Assembly (NCBI GenBank): GCA_045541355.1 | Contig: JAZQIW010000032.1 | Span: forward strand, 2,279 to 66,278 | Length of the DNA: 64,000 nucleotides | From: Eubacteriales bacterium | GTDB lineage: Bacteria > Bacillota > Clostridia > Oscillospirales > CAG-382 | Direction: 5' to 3' | The notes under the pieces: model-generated | Databases searched by the model: none | Told to the model about the DNA's origin: nothing | What the model saw: the letters and a program-made list of their open reading frames with translations, nothing else | Program-made: the position numbers and the translations under genes | In this document: positions 62,653 to 64,000 of the stretch, in pieces | Layout: every line of letters starts with the position of its first letter | Numbering within the stretch: position 1 is the first letter of the stretch

Positions 62653-63429
62653 ATGAAATTTCTGATAATCGGCGATGTCGTCGGTCAGTGCGGAACGGAG
62701 TTTTTAAGAAGAAATCTTTCTGAAATTTCAAAACGCTTCTGTCCTGACATGATTATTGCCAATGGTGAAAACTCTGCCAAAAACAACGGCCTTGATCTTG
62801 CAAGTGCCGAGAGTCTGTTTTCTTCGGGTGTCGATGTAATAACAAGCGGAAATCACATTTGGCATAAATTTGAAACACAAAGCTTTATTGATGATTATGA
62901 AAACATTTTGCGTCCTGCAAACTATCCGGGCGAATGTCCCGGTAACGGTTATGTTATCTTTAAAGCTATGGGCGTCAGGGTGCTCGTAATAAACGTAATG
63001 GGCACCGTTTATTTGGATAGTCTCTCCTGCCCGTTCCGTACAGTAGAACGTATTCTTGAACGCGAGAATGGCTCATATGATATTTCTATTTGTGACTTTC
63101 ATGCAGAGGCTACCAGCGAAAAGGCGGCTCTTGCACGATATTTTGACGGTCGACTCACTGCGGTAGTCGGAACACACACTCATGTACAGACAGCAGACGA
63201 ACGTATACTTCCAAATGGCACAGCATTTATAACCGACCTTGGAATGACGGGTGCATACGAGTCGATTCTTGGTGTTGACAGCGACAGAATAATCAAGAAG
63301 TTTCTAACTAAAATGCCCACTCGTTTCGAGCAGGCAGAAGGAGAATGTCAATTCAATGCAGTTGTTTTAGATGTCGACGACGGCACATTCAAAGCTCGCA
63401 GCATTGAACGTATTTTTATTATTAAATAG
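62653..63429 (+). CDS. ymdB: YmdB-family metallophosphoesterase (TIGR00282; 2',3'-cyclic-nucleotide phosphodiesterase)
   Basis: MKFLIIGDVVGQCG, ANGENSA, SGNHIW, DFHAEATSEK and GTHTHVQTADE motifs. Confidence 0.9.
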   Translation: MKFLIIGDVVGQCGTEFLRRNLSEISKRFCPDMIIANGENSAKNNGLDLASAESLFSSGVDVITSGNHIWHKFETQSFIDDYENILRPANYPGECPGNGYVIFKAMGVRVLVINVMGTVYLDSLSCPFRTVERILERENGSYDISICDFHAEATSEKAALARYFDGRLTAVVGTHTHVQTADERILPNGTAFITDLGMTGAYESILGVDSDRIIKKFLTKMPTRFEQAEGECQFNAVVLDVDDGTFKARSIERIFIIK

Positions 63430-63435
63430 CGTTTT

Positions 63436-63462
63436 AAAGACCTGCCTTTCGGCAGGTCTTTT
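63436..63462. terminator. Bidirectional terminator between ymdB and purL
   Basis: AAAGACCTGCC-TTTC-GGCAGGTCTTT followed by T. Confidence 0.85.
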
Positions 63463-63473
63463 GTCTTATTAAA

Positions 63474-64000
63474 TTAGATTTTGAAGTAATTAACGGCAGA
63501 CTTAAAGAGTCCGAGGTCATAGTTACCGGGAACATTCTGATAAAGACCGTTTCCGATTCTTTCGGAGTGTCCCATCTTACCAAGTACTCGTCCGTCAGGC
63601 GATGTAATACCTTCAATTGCATAGTAGGAATTATTAGGATTGAAGTGTATATTAGCAGTAGGATTACCGTCAAGGTCTACATACTGCGTAGCAACCTGGC
63701 CGTTTTCAATAAGCTTCTTGATAAGCTCTTCGGGAGCTACAAATCTACCTTCACCGTGGGAAATCGGCACATTGATAATATCGCCGACATTTACATTCTG
63801 AAGCCAAGGCGAAAGATTGGAGCAAACTCTTGTTCTTACAATCATAGACTGGTGACGTCCTATTGTGTTGAATGTAAGTGTGGGACAGCTTTCGTCTGTA
63901 TCAATGATTTCACCGTATGGAACAAGACCGAGCTTGATAAGTGCCTGGAAGCCGTTACAGATACCGCCCATAAGACCGTCTCTGTTCTTGAGAAGGTCAT
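63474..64000 (-). CDS. purL: Phosphoribosylformylglycinamidine synthase, C-terminal glutamine amidotransferase domain (5' part outside window)
   Basis: GICNGFQALIKLGLVP (nucleophile Cys) and PISHGEGRF motifs. The frame stays open upstream of the first Met to the window edge (..DLLKNRDGLMGG..). Confidence 0.85.
   Translation of the reverse strand, partial: DLLKNRDGLMGGICNGFQALIKLGLVPYGEIIDTDESCPTLTFNTIGRHQSMIVRTRVCSNLSPWLQNVNVGDIINVPISHGEGRFVAPEELIKKLIENGQVATQYVDLDGNPTANIHFNPNNSYYAIEGITSPDGRVLGKMGHSERIGNGLYQNVPGNYDLGLFKSAVNYFKI

Noticed and set aside
1-64000. Search for tRNA, rRNA, CRISPR arrays, IS elements, toxin-antitoxin pairs or known defence-system genes
   Set aside because: I found no T-loop-like GGTTCGAATCC-type sequences, no regularly spaced short repeats, no transposase-like ORFs and no large orphan ATPase or nuclease genes. 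Every intergenic region over 100 nt is explained by promoters and terminators, except for those listed as findings.

Overview
AT-rich chromosomal segment from a spore-forming member of the Clostridia; no finer taxonomy can be supported from sequence alone. The taxonomic call rests on the yabM-mazG-yabO-yabP-yabQ-divIC block, cwlD, and Firmicute-style GGAGG/GGTGA ribosome-binding sites. About 62 protein genes are packed at high density. I found no rRNA, tRNA, CRISPR array, transposase, prophage or recognisable defence system. Most of the window is housekeeping. It includes cdaA-cdaR, recJ, relA, dtd, hup, hpf, coaD, rsmD, uvrC, ptsH, rimM-trmD, ddh, recN-argR-nadK-tlyA, upp, radA, cwlD, two Xer-type recombinases, proC, ymdB and a partial purL. 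The clearly accessory part is the first ~10 kb. It holds a tandem array of five secreted multidomain paralogs plus one stand-alone SGNH esterase. The paralogs share a signal peptide, copper-amine-oxidase-N-like repeats, a CBM-like beta-sandwich and a ~125-aa tail domain ending ...W-x-G-x-[IV]-x-[ST]-[IL]-R-[FLV]-D-P... that I cannot assign to a named family. Two array members share a near-identical 5' module and an identical terminator, while their central regions have diverged. This array is my best candidate for something undescribed, but it is a domain family and surface-protein array rather than a demonstrated system. Other points worth a second look are listed here.
- uvrC appears to initiate at CTG.
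- An envelope module (a Wzy/O-antigen-ligase-like protein plus two small anchored paralogs) is fused to the rimM-trmD operon.
- An overlapping trio of CrtO-like acyltransferase, GT28 and PAP2 genes is probably a glycolipid pathway.
- An unknown gene is translationally coupled to radA where disA usually sits.
- A GC-rich structured element lies downstream of hup.
- A set of direct repeats resembling XerD half-sites sits in the proC intergenic region.
All family assignments come from motif recognition by eye; no searches were run.
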